Assembly (NCBI GenBank): GCA_037446635.1
Contig: JBBIIG010000002.1
Span: 102,002 to 166,001, forward strand
Reading direction: 5' to 3'
DNA: 64,000 nt
DNA from: a bacterium
GTDB lineage: Bacteria; Zhuqueibacterota; Zhuqueibacteria; Oceanimicrobiales; Oceanimicrobiaceae
Shown here: positions 38,586 through 48,880 of the stretch, in pieces
Numbering within the stretch: position 1 is the stretch's first letter
Layout: the number at the start of each line of letters is the position of its first letter
Notes under the pieces: model-generated
What the model saw: only the letters and a program-made list of their open reading frames with translations
Told to the model about the DNA's origin: nothing
The model's database searches: none
Position numbers and translations under genes: made by a program

Positions 38586-38837
38586 CGCGCGACGTCCTCA
38601 TGTTCTGATAAAATTAGTTTTAAAAAAAATAGGGATTTATATTTCTCTTTCGTTATTATCTTAAAGGCTATTTTATTTCAATTTACATCGTGGCCAGTCT
38701 AAACAATCCTACCGTCCAATTTAGTCCTTTAGCGAGAGATAAGCAGCGCAAGCTGCATGGCATATATTTTGCAAAATTTGCGAGCAAAATTATCGGCTAA
38801 AATTCAAATTTAAATACATAATCCAAGGCGAGCACGT

Positions 38838-41336
38838 TTGTACTCCGTTCTCCAGAAATTTTCGTCCCTAATTTTGTTCATCATGCTTGGTGCAAGTACG
38901 GCGCACGCCGGCATCACCGGCACCATTTCCGGCAAAGTTCGCGATAAGGAAACGAACACCGTGCTGCCGGGCGCCGCCATCATCGTGGAGGGGACGACGA
39001 TGGGCGCAATGGCGGACAAGAACGGCTTTTACATGATTCACAATTTGCCGGCCGGCGCCTACGACGTCAGCGTCAGCATGATTGGTTATTCCAAGCTCAC
39101 CATCAAGAACGTCAAAATCAACGTCGATCTGAACACCGAATTAAACTTCTATTTGACCACCCGGGTTTTGCCGCTGGAAGAAGTGGTGGTCACCCAAAAT
39201 CGCCAACTCATCCAAAGCGAAATAACTTCTTCCACCTATTTTATATCCGGCGAAGAAATTAACCAGCGCCTGCCGATTGACTCTTACCGGGATGCGATTT
39301 CACTTTTGCCGGGCAACGTGGGCAACCACTTTCGCGGCGGCCGCGAAACCGACGTCACCTACATGCTCGATGGCCTGCCCATTCAGAGCGGACTTTCCCG
39401 GGAAATCTCCAGCTATTTTCCCAATAGCTCCATCGTGGAAATGATGGTGCAGACCGGCGGCTTCACCGCCGAGTACGGCCAGGCTTCTTCAGGCATCGTC
39501 AATGTGGTAACCAAAGACGGAAAAAACAAAGTTGAAGGCGGCATCAAAATTTATTCCGATTTCTTCGATACCGGCATCACCGGCAACGACAACACCCGCC
39601 GCCTCGATTTCAGCCTCGGCGGTCCGCTGACGATGGATTTAGGCGGCCCCCTCATCAACGCCAACTATTTTATCTCCGCTGACCTTAACTTGAGCGACAC
39701 GCCCGATCGTGAGCAATTACGGAAATCCTTCGGCTCGCCGATTTTCAAAAACTATAACATCAATTCCAAGCTGTCATTTGATATTGGCGCCAACACTATG
39801 CTCACGTTTCAAGGGCTGCTCTCCAATTGGAGCTGGCGCCGTTTCGATCCGCAATGGGAACTCAATGTGGGCGGTCTGGCGGAAAACCGCCATTACAGCC
39901 ATCGCCTCAGCGCCTCGATCACTCACACCTTTAGCTCGCGGGTCTTCGCCTCGCTGCGCTTCGCCAATTACGCCTATAAACGATCGGTGTTAGGCGAATT
40001 TGGCGACCCCGAAAACGATCTGGTTTTTGAAACTCCCGCCGATCCCAGCACCCGCGTCATCCGCGGCGAACAACCCTGGGAAGAAGATACTCGAGAACGC
40101 ATCAACCTTCTCAAGTTTGACCTGGTGGGGCAGCTGGGCTCGAATCATCTCATCAAAGCGGGAGTCGATTATCAAGATTACCAGCTTGATTCCGAAATTG
40201 AACGTTTCGATCCCATCTTTGGCCTGAACACCCAAACCCGCATTGCAGCCATCACCACCAAAAATAAATTTCACTACACCCCAAAATTCTTTGGGTTTTA
40301 CATTCAGGACAAAGTCGAGCTTGGCGGCGTGATTGCCAACCTCGGGTTGCGTTACGATGTGTTCGCGCCAACCATCACCATCGCCGAGCCGCCGCTGGAG
40401 TTTGAAATTCTGCGAACACAATTAGGGGCGCCGCCAAGCAGCGTTCAATCGATCGACCACACCCCGATCTCGCCGAGATTGGGCGTCGCCATTCCACTCT
40501 CGCATAACGAGCGCCTGCACGCCAATTACGGCTGGTATTATCAAATGCCGCCGCTTTATTATCTCTATTCGAACGCGGAGCATCAACTCAACGGCCGGCT
40601 GCCCATCATCGGCAACGTCGATTTGGAACCCATCAAAACCACTTCCGCCGAATTCAGCTACAAACGCCTGGTGTCCGACGACTTCCTGTTTGTGTTCACC
40701 GGCTTCACCAAGCGATTCAGAAATTTGATCGACACCGAAACCTTCCTGGCCGACACGCTGAGCGGAGACAACACGACCCCCATCGGTTTCAGCCGCTATT
40801 CCAATTCGGCCTTTGGGAAAGCCTCCGGCTTCGAAGTGACTCTGCAAAAGCGGTTTAATCAAAACCTCTCCGGCCGAGTCAGCTACACCTACATGAAAGC
40901 CACCGGCTCCAGTTCCACCGCCGAAGACGAGCTCAAGCTGGCCATCGCCGGCGCGGCGGTGGAAAAACGCGAATTTCCTTTGAGCTGGGATCAACGGCAT
41001 TCCATTATCGTGGACGCTAATTATGAAACCCGCCAAATGCAACTGAGCGTCCTCTATCGCTTGTTCAGCCCGCTGCCGTTTACCACCCCCGGCAGTCTTA
41101 CCCCCAACGATGCCCGAATGTCGTGGCGAAATATTCTCGACGTCAAAATCAGTTTTAAAAACAGGCATCTTTTGCAAGGCAAGTTTACGCCATTTTTTGA
41201 AATCCGCAATATTTTAGATCAAAACAACTTTGTGAGCCAACCGGACGATTTCGGCGCGCGCGCCTACAGCCTCTTCGATCCCATCAACTCCTATTCCGGA
41301 AGACGATTGCGATTCGGAGTCTCGTTAGATTTTTAA
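38838..41336 (+). CDS. TonB-dependent outer-membrane receptor with N-terminal carboxypeptidase-regulatory-like domain; probable TTG start
   Basis: Signal peptide ending AHA. CarbopepD_reg-like region (GTISGKVRDKETNTVLPGAAI). Plug domain then a long beta-barrel ending in aromatic ...VSLDF. Confidence 0.8.
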   Translation: MYSVLQKFSSLILFIMLGASTAHAGITGTISGKVRDKETNTVLPGAAIIVEGTTMGAMADKNGFYMIHNLPAGAYDVSVSMIGYSKLTIKNVKINVDLNTELNFYLTTRVLPLEEVVVTQNRQLIQSEITSSTYFISGEEINQRLPIDSYRDAISLLPGNVGNHFRGGRETDVTYMLDGLPIQSGLSREISSYFPNSSIVEMMVQTGGFTAEYGQASSGIVNVVTKDGKNKVEGGIKIYSDFFDTGITGNDNTRRLDFSLGGPLTMDLGGPLINANYFISADLNLSDTPDREQLRKSFGSPIFKNYNINSKLSFDIGANTMLTFQGLLSNWSWRRFDPQWELNVGGLAENRHYSHRLSASITHTFSSRVFASLRFANYAYKRSVLGEFGDPENDLVFETPADPSTRVIRGEQPWEEDTRERINLLKFDLVGQLGSNHLIKAGVDYQDYQLDSEIERFDPIFGLNTQTRIAAITTKNKFHYTPKFFGFYIQDKVELGGVIANLGLRYDVFAPTITIAEPPLEFEILRTQLGAPPSSVQSIDHTPISPRLGVAIPLSHNERLHANYGWYYQMPPLYYLYSNAEHQLNGRLPIIGNVDLEPIKTTSAEFSYKRLVSDDFLFVFTGFTKRFRNLIDTETFLADTLSGDNTTPIGFSRYSNSAFGKASGFEVTLQKRFNQNLSGRVSYTYMKATGSSSTAEDELKLAIAGAAVEKREFPLSWDQRHSIIVDANYETRQMQLSVLYRLFSPLPFTTPGSLTPNDARMSWRNILDVKISFKNRHLLQGKFTPFFEIRNILDQNNFVSQPDDFGARAYSLFDPINSYSGRRLRFGVSLDF

Positions 41337-41357
41337 TCGCTATTTTTCAAACCAATA

Positions 41358-41392
41358 AAAAAGCCTGCTGGAAATCCCAACAGGCTTTTTTA
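41358..41392. terminator. Bidirectional intrinsic terminator between the TonB receptor (+) and sod (-)
   Basis: AAAAAGCCTGCTGG-aaatc-CCAACAGGCTTTTTT: GC stem flanked by an A-run and a T-run. Confidence 0.6.
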
Positions 41393-41416
41393 TTTTGGGC
41401 TAACCTTGCGAAGGTT

Positions 41417-42043
41417 TTACTTAACGTATTTTTTGAAGCGCGCGTTGATGCGCTCCCAGTGCAGATTGCCCAAAAAATTATCGATGTATTTCGCGCGGCC
41501 CGGACCGTCTTTGTGATAGTAGGCGTGCTCGAAAACATCGCAGGCGATGAGGGGAACGCCGCCCCAAATGGCGCCGTACTGGTGCTCGTCAACCAGCACG
41601 TTCAAAAGCCGCTGCGAATAGAGGGCGTCGTAAACCAACAAACCCCAACCGCTCAATTTGGCGGCCACGGCGGCGGCTTTGAAATCCGCCTTCCATTTAT
41701 CCACCGAGCCAAAATGTTTTTCGATGGCGGCTTTGATATCCGGCCCTTTGCTAACGTCGCCGTCGCCGCCTAACACTTCCCAATAAACATCGTGCAGCAG
41801 CGCGCCGGCATGATTCCAGGTAAACCGGCGTTTCAGCTCGCCGATCTCGCTCCAATTGCCGTTGGCCGCGGCGGGGTCCGCTTTTTCCAGGCCCTGCTCG
41901 ATTTTATTTAAGAAAGTGACGTAACCTTTATGATGGGTATTGTAGTGCCAGTCGGTGGTTTCCGGCGAGACCACATCCTTTAGCAACTTCTTGGCGTCCT
42001 CGTCTGAATATGGTCGCGGATTGAACTTCCATTCGTAGGCCAT
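41417..42043 (-). CDS. Fe/Mn superoxide dismutase
   Basis: Metal ligands in HYNTHH and DVFEHAYY. 208 aa. Confidence 0.9.
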   Translation of the reverse strand: MAYEWKFNPRPYSDEDAKKLLKDVVSPETTDWHYNTHHKGYVTFLNKIEQGLEKADPAAANGNWSEIGELKRRFTWNHAGALLHDVYWEVLGGDGDVSKGPDIKAAIEKHFGSVDKWKADFKAAAVAAKLSGWGLLVYDALYSQRLLNVLVDEHQYGAIWGGVPLIACDVFEHAYYHKDGPGRAKYIDNFLGNLHWERINARFKKYVK

Positions 42044-42201
42044 GTTTATTACCTCCTTATATTGAATTGTGAATGGTTACTGGTTATTCAATAACTTTTT
42101 AATTTAGAAAAAAAATTTTCTAACGCAACCGCAATGATCTTTTTTAAATAGGAAAATGTAGAGCAATGATAAAGCTAATATTGCTCCTCGCGCTACTGCA
42201 C

Positions 42202-42717
42202 TTATTTTTGCATGTAGGAGACAAAATCGTTTAGTAGAATTCTTCTCCAATGGGTTCCAATTAATTCATAAGGAACGTTTCTTACGTCGATTCTTATTAG
42301 ATTTTCCCGTGACCGTCGGGATGGGTCAGTTGCACTAACGCCCTTTTCTATTCCGATCTTTTTTAACAGCCCCAAAAATTCATCCAAAAATTCTTGGGCA
42401 TTGTGAGGGATACTAATTCCCATTCTCAAAAGGCTGTAAATTCCTTTTTGTTTATCGTAGATGCCATCGCTGATGGCAATTCGACTTTTGAGATCGCAAT
42501 AACCTTTGAGAAAAGCGATCATGATGTTTTTGTCGTTTGATTCCGCAATTGCTTTTGGTATGAAAGGAATCACTTTCCCTTTCTGAACGGCGAGGTCTAG
42601 ATTTTTGATTTCCTCAAATATGACCGATTTTTTTTCAAAACGGATTTGAATCTGGAAATGATAACCTTCGATATGGCGAGCAGATAATCTGTCGTTTGTG
42701 CCTAATTGCGTTATCAA
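42202..42717 (-). CDS. Hypothetical protein, third gene of the RM operon; probably the frameshifted C-terminal domain of the PLD nuclease
   Basis: Has no ATG start (TTG only). Its reading frame is open for 32 more codons upstream (GYYYNPDISDYKISQYEAHKKDVERISESINF...) and overlaps the last 30 codons of the nuclease ORF. Confidence 0.45.
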   Translation of the reverse strand: MITQLGTNDRLSARHIEGYHFQIQIRFEKKSVIFEEIKNLDLAVQKGKVIPFIPKAIAESNDKNIMIAFLKGYCDLKSRIAISDGIYDKQKGIYSLLRMGISIPHNAQEFLDEFLGLLKKIGIEKGVSATDPSRRSRENLIRIDVRNVPYELIGTHWRRILLNDFVSYMQK

Positions 42718-43574
42718 AAAATTGATACTTTCGCTGATGCGCTCGACATCTTTTTTGTGCGCTTCATATTGTGATATTTTGTAATCGCTGATGTCCGGAT
42801 TATAATAGTAGCCTCATAGGGTTTGCCGCGATTGGCGAGACCTCGATACAGGTCTATGGTCAGCCCTCGTTTCTTGAAGTTGATTTTGCTGTTTGCGCTC
42901 AACAGCCCCAATAAGTAAGCAAACTCATTATTGAGTATAAGTTTTTGGGATTGAACAATTTTGCCAGCGGTGATTTGAACCTGCTCTCTCAGCTTCCGGA
43001 GTTTTCTGGCCTTGCTCTCGTCGGCTTTGGTTCTTCTTTTGAAAGCTTGCTGGTAAACATCCAGCAGATTGCCATGAGTCAGAACATTAATCGAATGTTC
43101 CGCCGTCCAAAGATCATTAAAGAAATTGAGAAGGTTGTGGAAGAGCGCGTCTAGTTTGCCATAAACGCTCAGGTTGCATTCGATATTGTATTTGATTCCG
43201 CCCAAAGTGAAGTTGGAAGATCCGATGATCACTCGGTAGCGATCTTTGTTGTGAAAGAGATAGAACTTCGGGTGGTAGTGTCCCTGGCTGGCTTCGTTGC
43301 GCTTTGTAGTTATGAAAACTTTACATTCAGAATCGCCAGGAATGGTAGCGAGTTCTTCGATGACCCTTTTTTCTGTAACGAATTCTTCAATATCGAACAG
43401 CGCTCGCAATTTACCGTTGTTTCGTAAAAACGCTTGGAAATCGTCTCTAAGGGATTCAAAGGCACTACAAGATGCATAAGCGACTCCAAGATACAAACTT
43501 TCAGCCCAGCGCAGGCTCTCTTGTATGGTTTTGAAAAAACTCTCATCCGAATTCTGAAGAATGGTAATTTTCAT
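42714..43574 (-). CDS. PLD-superfamily (HKD) nuclease, candidate restriction endonuclease
   Basis: HKD motif HPKFYLFHNKDRYRVIIGSSNFTLGG. Start overlaps the MTase stop by 4 bp. Confidence 0.7.
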   Translation of the reverse strand: MKITILQNSDESFFKTIQESLRWAESLYLGVAYASCSAFESLRDDFQAFLRNNGKLRALFDIEEFVTEKRVIEELATIPGDSECKVFITTKRNEASQGHYHPKFYLFHNKDRYRVIIGSSNFTLGGIKYNIECNLSVYGKLDALFHNLLNFFNDLWTAEHSINVLTHGNLLDVYQQAFKRRTKADESKARKLRKLREQVQITAGKIVQSQKLILNNEFAYLLGLLSANSKINFKKRGLTIDLYRGLANRGKPYEATIIIRTSAITKYHNMKRTKKMSSASAKVSIF

Positions 43575-44392
43575 TTCTTGAAGATGAGTATAAATTCGTG
43601 AACCTTGTTAATCCTGAACACATAGGGGTAGCCTAACGGCCGCAGATTATTGTATTCCTGCCGCCGATCCCAGATGATGATGTCATCCAATGAAAATCCA
43701 ATGTCCCTCATGAAACTTATGACATCGATATGGAAAGGATAGAATTCGTCTTTCTTTCTTAAATCCATTACTACCACACAACAAAATCCTCCGCGTTTTG
43801 TTACGCGATGGACTTTAGAAAAAATGTCTTTCAAGCCAGAAAGAAAGCCATCGTAAGATTTAATGTTCCCCAAATCAGCATCGACGTCGCTGTATTTTCG
43901 GATCTCTTTATAATCTGCGGATCGTTTTTGATTGAGAATGTCCCAATATGGCGGTGAAGTTACGGTTAGCTGAATCGAGTCCTCTTCAATATGATTTAAC
44001 AAGTCCCGCGCGTCTCCCTTAATCAAAAGCGGTTTATACTCATTGGTATCAAACAAATTTAAATTACTGGTTCTCTCTCGGTAAAGCTTAATGAATTTCT
44101 CTGAAAGCTCGATGCCTTTGCTGAATCTTTTAAGATTTTTGGCGGCAATAAGTGTTGATCCGCTTCCGGCAAACGGATCAAAAACGACGTCCCCCTCGTT
44201 GCTATAAATTTTGATTAATCGCTCCGGCAGCATCGTTGGAAAAATGGCGGGATGAGCCAGGCCATTTTCTTCTCCAGCTTTTCGAATATCAGACCAGATC
44301 GAAATGGAATACTGCAGCCAGGTTTTACCATCTAATGCGATTTTAGCTTTTGACAAACCTGCCCCTCCGAAATTCAGTTCCAATTTTTTCAA
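43571..44392 (-). CDS. Minimal permuted N4/N6 DNA methyltransferase (motifs X-I followed by IV-VIII, no obvious target-recognition domain)
   Basis: HPAIFPTMLPERLI...GDVVFDPFAGSGST (motifs X-I) followed by LTVTSPPYW (motif IV) and C-terminal HEFILIFKK. 273 aa. Confidence 0.8.
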   Translation of the reverse strand: MKKLELNFGGAGLSKAKIALDGKTWLQYSISIWSDIRKAGEENGLAHPAIFPTMLPERLIKIYSNEGDVVFDPFAGSGSTLIAAKNLKRFSKGIELSEKFIKLYRERTSNLNLFDTNEYKPLLIKGDARDLLNHIEEDSIQLTVTSPPYWDILNQKRSADYKEIRKYSDVDADLGNIKSYDGFLSGLKDIFSKVHRVTKRGGFCCVVVMDLRKKDEFYPFHIDVISFMRDIGFSLDDIIIWDRRQEYNNLRPLGYPYVFRINKVHEFILIFKK

Positions 44393-44492
44393 ACTATAAA
44401 AGATTTATGAGGAATCCAAATAGTTCATTATTTTATTATTGATTGGCAAATTTATAATTGAGAATTCACCATTCACAATTCGTTACACCGGG

Positions 44493-44534
44493 CAATTGTC
44501 AATTGCGAATGGCGAATTGTTAATTGTGAATTGG
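44493..44534. repeat. Six tandem copies of a 7-bp unit (CAATTGT CAATTGC GAATGGC GAATTGT TAATTGT GAATTGG) in the RM-operon promoter region, with a further GAATTCACCATTCACAATTCG inverted partner at 44462-44483
   Basis: Read directly in the sequence. Located 100-140 bp upstream of the MTase start. Contains two CAATTG palindromes. Confidence 0.5.
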
Positions 44535-44571
44535 GCCGCTTGAACTAAATTTGATAGTCCCGGGGACAAGT

Positions 44572-45873
<1,302 letters not shown>

Positions 45874-45906
45874 TTAATTATCGTTCAGACCAAATTTATT
45901 CTGCCC

Positions 45907-47319
45907 CTACCAAATCGTCTCTGCCTTAATCAAATTCGTGGTGCCGGCCACGCCCACTGGCACGCCGGCAGTGATCACCACGGTGTCGCCAATTTTCGCC
46001 AAACCCGACTTGATGGCTTTGTCCATCGCTTCCTCCATCATCTCATCCGTGTTTTGAAAAACGCCGGACATAATGGGATAGACGCCCCACACTAAATTCA
46101 ACCGCCGCACGACTTCTGGAATTGGGCTGAACGCGATGATGGGCTGAGCCGGCCGAAACGAGCTCACCATGCGCGCGGTGCTGCCGGACTGCGTGGGTGT
46201 GATGATCACCGCGGCCTTGAGGTCCCGCGCCATTTGATACGAAGCATGGCTCACCGCCTGCGCAATGCTGGCAACGCTGGTATCGTGCGACCGGCGATTC
46301 AACTGCGCGACCTGGCTGTTTTCGGTCACCGCGATGATATTCGCCATCGTCTTGACGGCCTCGATGGGATAATTGCCAATCGTGGTTTCTTCGGAGAGCA
46401 TCACCGCGTCGGTGCCATCGAGCACGGCGTTGGCGACGTCGTTGGCTTCGGCGCGCGTGGGCCGCGGATTTTCCACCATCGACTTCAACATCTGCGTAGC
46501 GGTGATCACCGGCTTGCTGGCCTCGTTGCACAATTTGATGATCATTTTCTGCGCCAGCGGCACGCGCTCCAACGCCGTTTCCACCGCCAAATCGCCGCGC
46601 GCCACCATGATGCCATCGGCGGCATCGATGATCTCGGCGATGTTTTCCAGCGCTTCGTGCTTTTCGATTTTGGCAATAATAGGCACGCGCTGGCTTTTTG
46701 ACTCCATGAAGTCTTTGATTTCGAGAATATCGTCTTTGCGGCGCACGAAAGACACCGCGATGTAATCCACCCCATGTTCGAGGCCAAATTCCAAATCCGC
46801 GCGGTCTTTGTCCGTGAACGCTTTGACGGAAAGTGAAATGCCCGGCAGGTTGACGCCCTTATGAGATGAAAGTAGCCCGCCGACTTTCACTTTGCAGATG
46901 ACGTTTTTGGCGTCGGTTTTTTCCACCAGCAATTCGATGGCGCCGTCGGCCAGCAGGATGCGCTCGCCGGCCTGGACGTCCTTCGGTAGTTCTGGAAACG
47001 TCACGCCCACGCGTGATTCATCGCCGGCGATGTCGTCAATCGTCAGTGTAAAAGTTTGGCCGGGCTTCAAATTCACTGGATCTTTTTTGAATTTTCCCAC
47101 CCGCAGTTTGGGGCCGGCGAGATCCTGCAAAATGGCGATGGGCTGTCCTTTTTTCTCGGCAACGTTGCGGATGCGGCGCAGCGTCTGCAGATGCTGCCCG
47201 TGGCTGCCGTGGGAAAAATTGAGGCGGGCGACGTTCATGCCGGCGTCCATAAGCTGGCCCAAAACTTCTTCGGTGTCGGTAACCGGGCCGATGGTGCAAA
47301 CGATCTTGGTTCGGCGCAT
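45907..47319 (-). CDS. pyk: Pyruvate kinase
   Basis: KIVCTIGP, NFSHG, MVARGDLAVE blocks and a C-terminal allosteric domain. 470 aa. Confidence 0.9.
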   Translation of the reverse strand: MRRTKIVCTIGPVTDTEEVLGQLMDAGMNVARLNFSHGSHGQHLQTLRRIRNVAEKKGQPIAILQDLAGPKLRVGKFKKDPVNLKPGQTFTLTIDDIAGDESRVGVTFPELPKDVQAGERILLADGAIELLVEKTDAKNVICKVKVGGLLSSHKGVNLPGISLSVKAFTDKDRADLEFGLEHGVDYIAVSFVRRKDDILEIKDFMESKSQRVPIIAKIEKHEALENIAEIIDAADGIMVARGDLAVETALERVPLAQKMIIKLCNEASKPVITATQMLKSMVENPRPTRAEANDVANAVLDGTDAVMLSEETTIGNYPIEAVKTMANIIAVTENSQVAQLNRRSHDTSVASIAQAVSHASYQMARDLKAAVIITPTQSGSTARMVSSFRPAQPIIAFSPIPEVVRRLNLVWGVYPIMSGVFQNTDEMMEEAMDKAIKSGLAKIGDTVVITAGVPVGVAGTTNLIKAETIW

Positions 47320-47320
47320 A

Positions 47321-48805
47321 TTATTTTCCCAATCGTTCCTGAGTAATTTTAGCGACCAGTCCCGTGAGCAGGATGAGGCCGATCAGGTTGGGGAAGGCCA
47401 TCAGCGCGTTGCCGATGTTGCCGAGACTCCAAACGATGTTGAGATAATTAAAACTTTCGCCGGCCAGCGGGGTTAAAACCGCGCCGAAAAAAAGAAAGGC
47501 GATAAAAATGTAGCGGTACGGCATCACCACTTTATCGCCGCCGAGATATTCGATACACTTTTCACCGTAATAGGACCAGCCGAGAAGCGTAGTATATCCG
47601 AACAAAAACGAGGCGAACGCCACCACCGCGCCGCCCACGCCGAACGGCAGCACCGAGTCAAAAGCTTTTTGAGTGACGAGAATGCTGGTGATGTTGTCGG
47701 GCGCGTTCAGTCCCTGCCAAGCCTGGGTTTGAATGTAAGCGCCGGTGAGAACGATGGTGAGGGTGGTCATGGTGTTCACCAGCAGCGTGTCGATGAACAC
47801 GCCGGTCATGGCGATGAGCCCGTTTTTGGTGGGCTCGTCCGAAGCCGACGCGCCCTGGGCAATCGCCGCGGAACCCAATCCGGCTTCGTTGGAAAGCAGC
47901 CCGCGGCTGACGCCGCTCTGGACGGCCAGCCCAAACGACGCCCCCAGCAGCGGCTGAAATCCGAATGCGGATTTAAAAATCAACGCAAAGGCCTCTGGAA
48001 TGCGAGAGAAATTCGCGATGATGATCCACAGAGCCGCGACGATGTAGAAAACAATCATAGCCGGCACCAGCTTTTCAGATACACGACCTATTTTTTTGAT
48101 GCCGCCAATGATGACCATCCCCACCAAAAGCGCGATGACCGCGCCGATGGCATAATAGTATATCGCCGGCGCTTGTTGCGCATGCGTTCCGCTGTGCAAA
48201 TATTGATTGATGGTATTGGCCAGTGACGCCGCCATGGAATTAGACTGCGCCAAATTCCCTGTGCCAATTAAACACGCGATGGTTCCACAAACCGCGAACG
48301 CCGCTCCCAGGAATCGTCCAAACTTTTTGTTTTTCAAACCATTTTTAACATAATACATGGGGCCGCCGGCCATGGTGCCTTTGGGCGCCACTTAGCGGAT
48401 TTTAACTCCTAAGAATCCCTCCGCGTATTTGGTGGCCATGCCGAAGAGCGCAGCAATCCACATAAACACCGGCGCGCCCGGTCCGCCAATGGCGATGGCG
48501 GTGGCCACGCCGGCGATGTTGCCGTTGCCAACCGTCGCAGCGAGTGCGGTCATCAGTGCGGCAAATGGTGAAATGTCGCCGTGGCCCTCTTCGGAACGGG
48601 CTTCTCTGGAAAAGATGAGTTTGAGGGAGCGCCAGAAATGTGAAAATTGAATGCCGCCGGTGGCAATCGTCAAAAATATGCCGGCGCCTAAAAGCAGAGC
48701 GATGAGGGCGGAAATGGGCCATTGTAACGGCCAGCCCCAGATTAAGTTATCAATGGTGGTTGCCAGGTACAAAAATCGGTCAAAAAAACCTGTTTCGTTT
48801 CCCAT
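47321..48805 (-). pseudogene. Alanine/glycine:cation symporter (AGCS family) interrupted by an in-frame TAA at 48392-48394
   Basis: Upstream ORF ends ...TKYAEGFLGVKIR-TAA and the next codon GTG continues VAPKGTMAGGPMYYV in the same frame. This spans the conserved AGCS block KYAE..L.VKYR....GGPMYY. The two ORFs together give about 493 aa. Confidence 0.7.
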
Positions 48806-48880
48806 AAGCTTCCTTTCCGGAGTTGGTTACAGTGGGGTAAAAAACGTGAAAAGGTAAGCACGCTCCGGTAAAAAAACAAC

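Noticed and set aside
42945-43154. Small + strand ORFs inside the RM operon (42945-43154, 43297-43479)
   Set aside because: They are antisense to HKD-motif coding sequence and have no start context.
48392-48394. Idea that the in-frame TAA in agcS reflects stop-codon reassignment
   Set aside because: TAA terminates the other high-confidence genes in the window (for example agcS itself). Known bacterial recodings involve TGA or TAG, not TAA.
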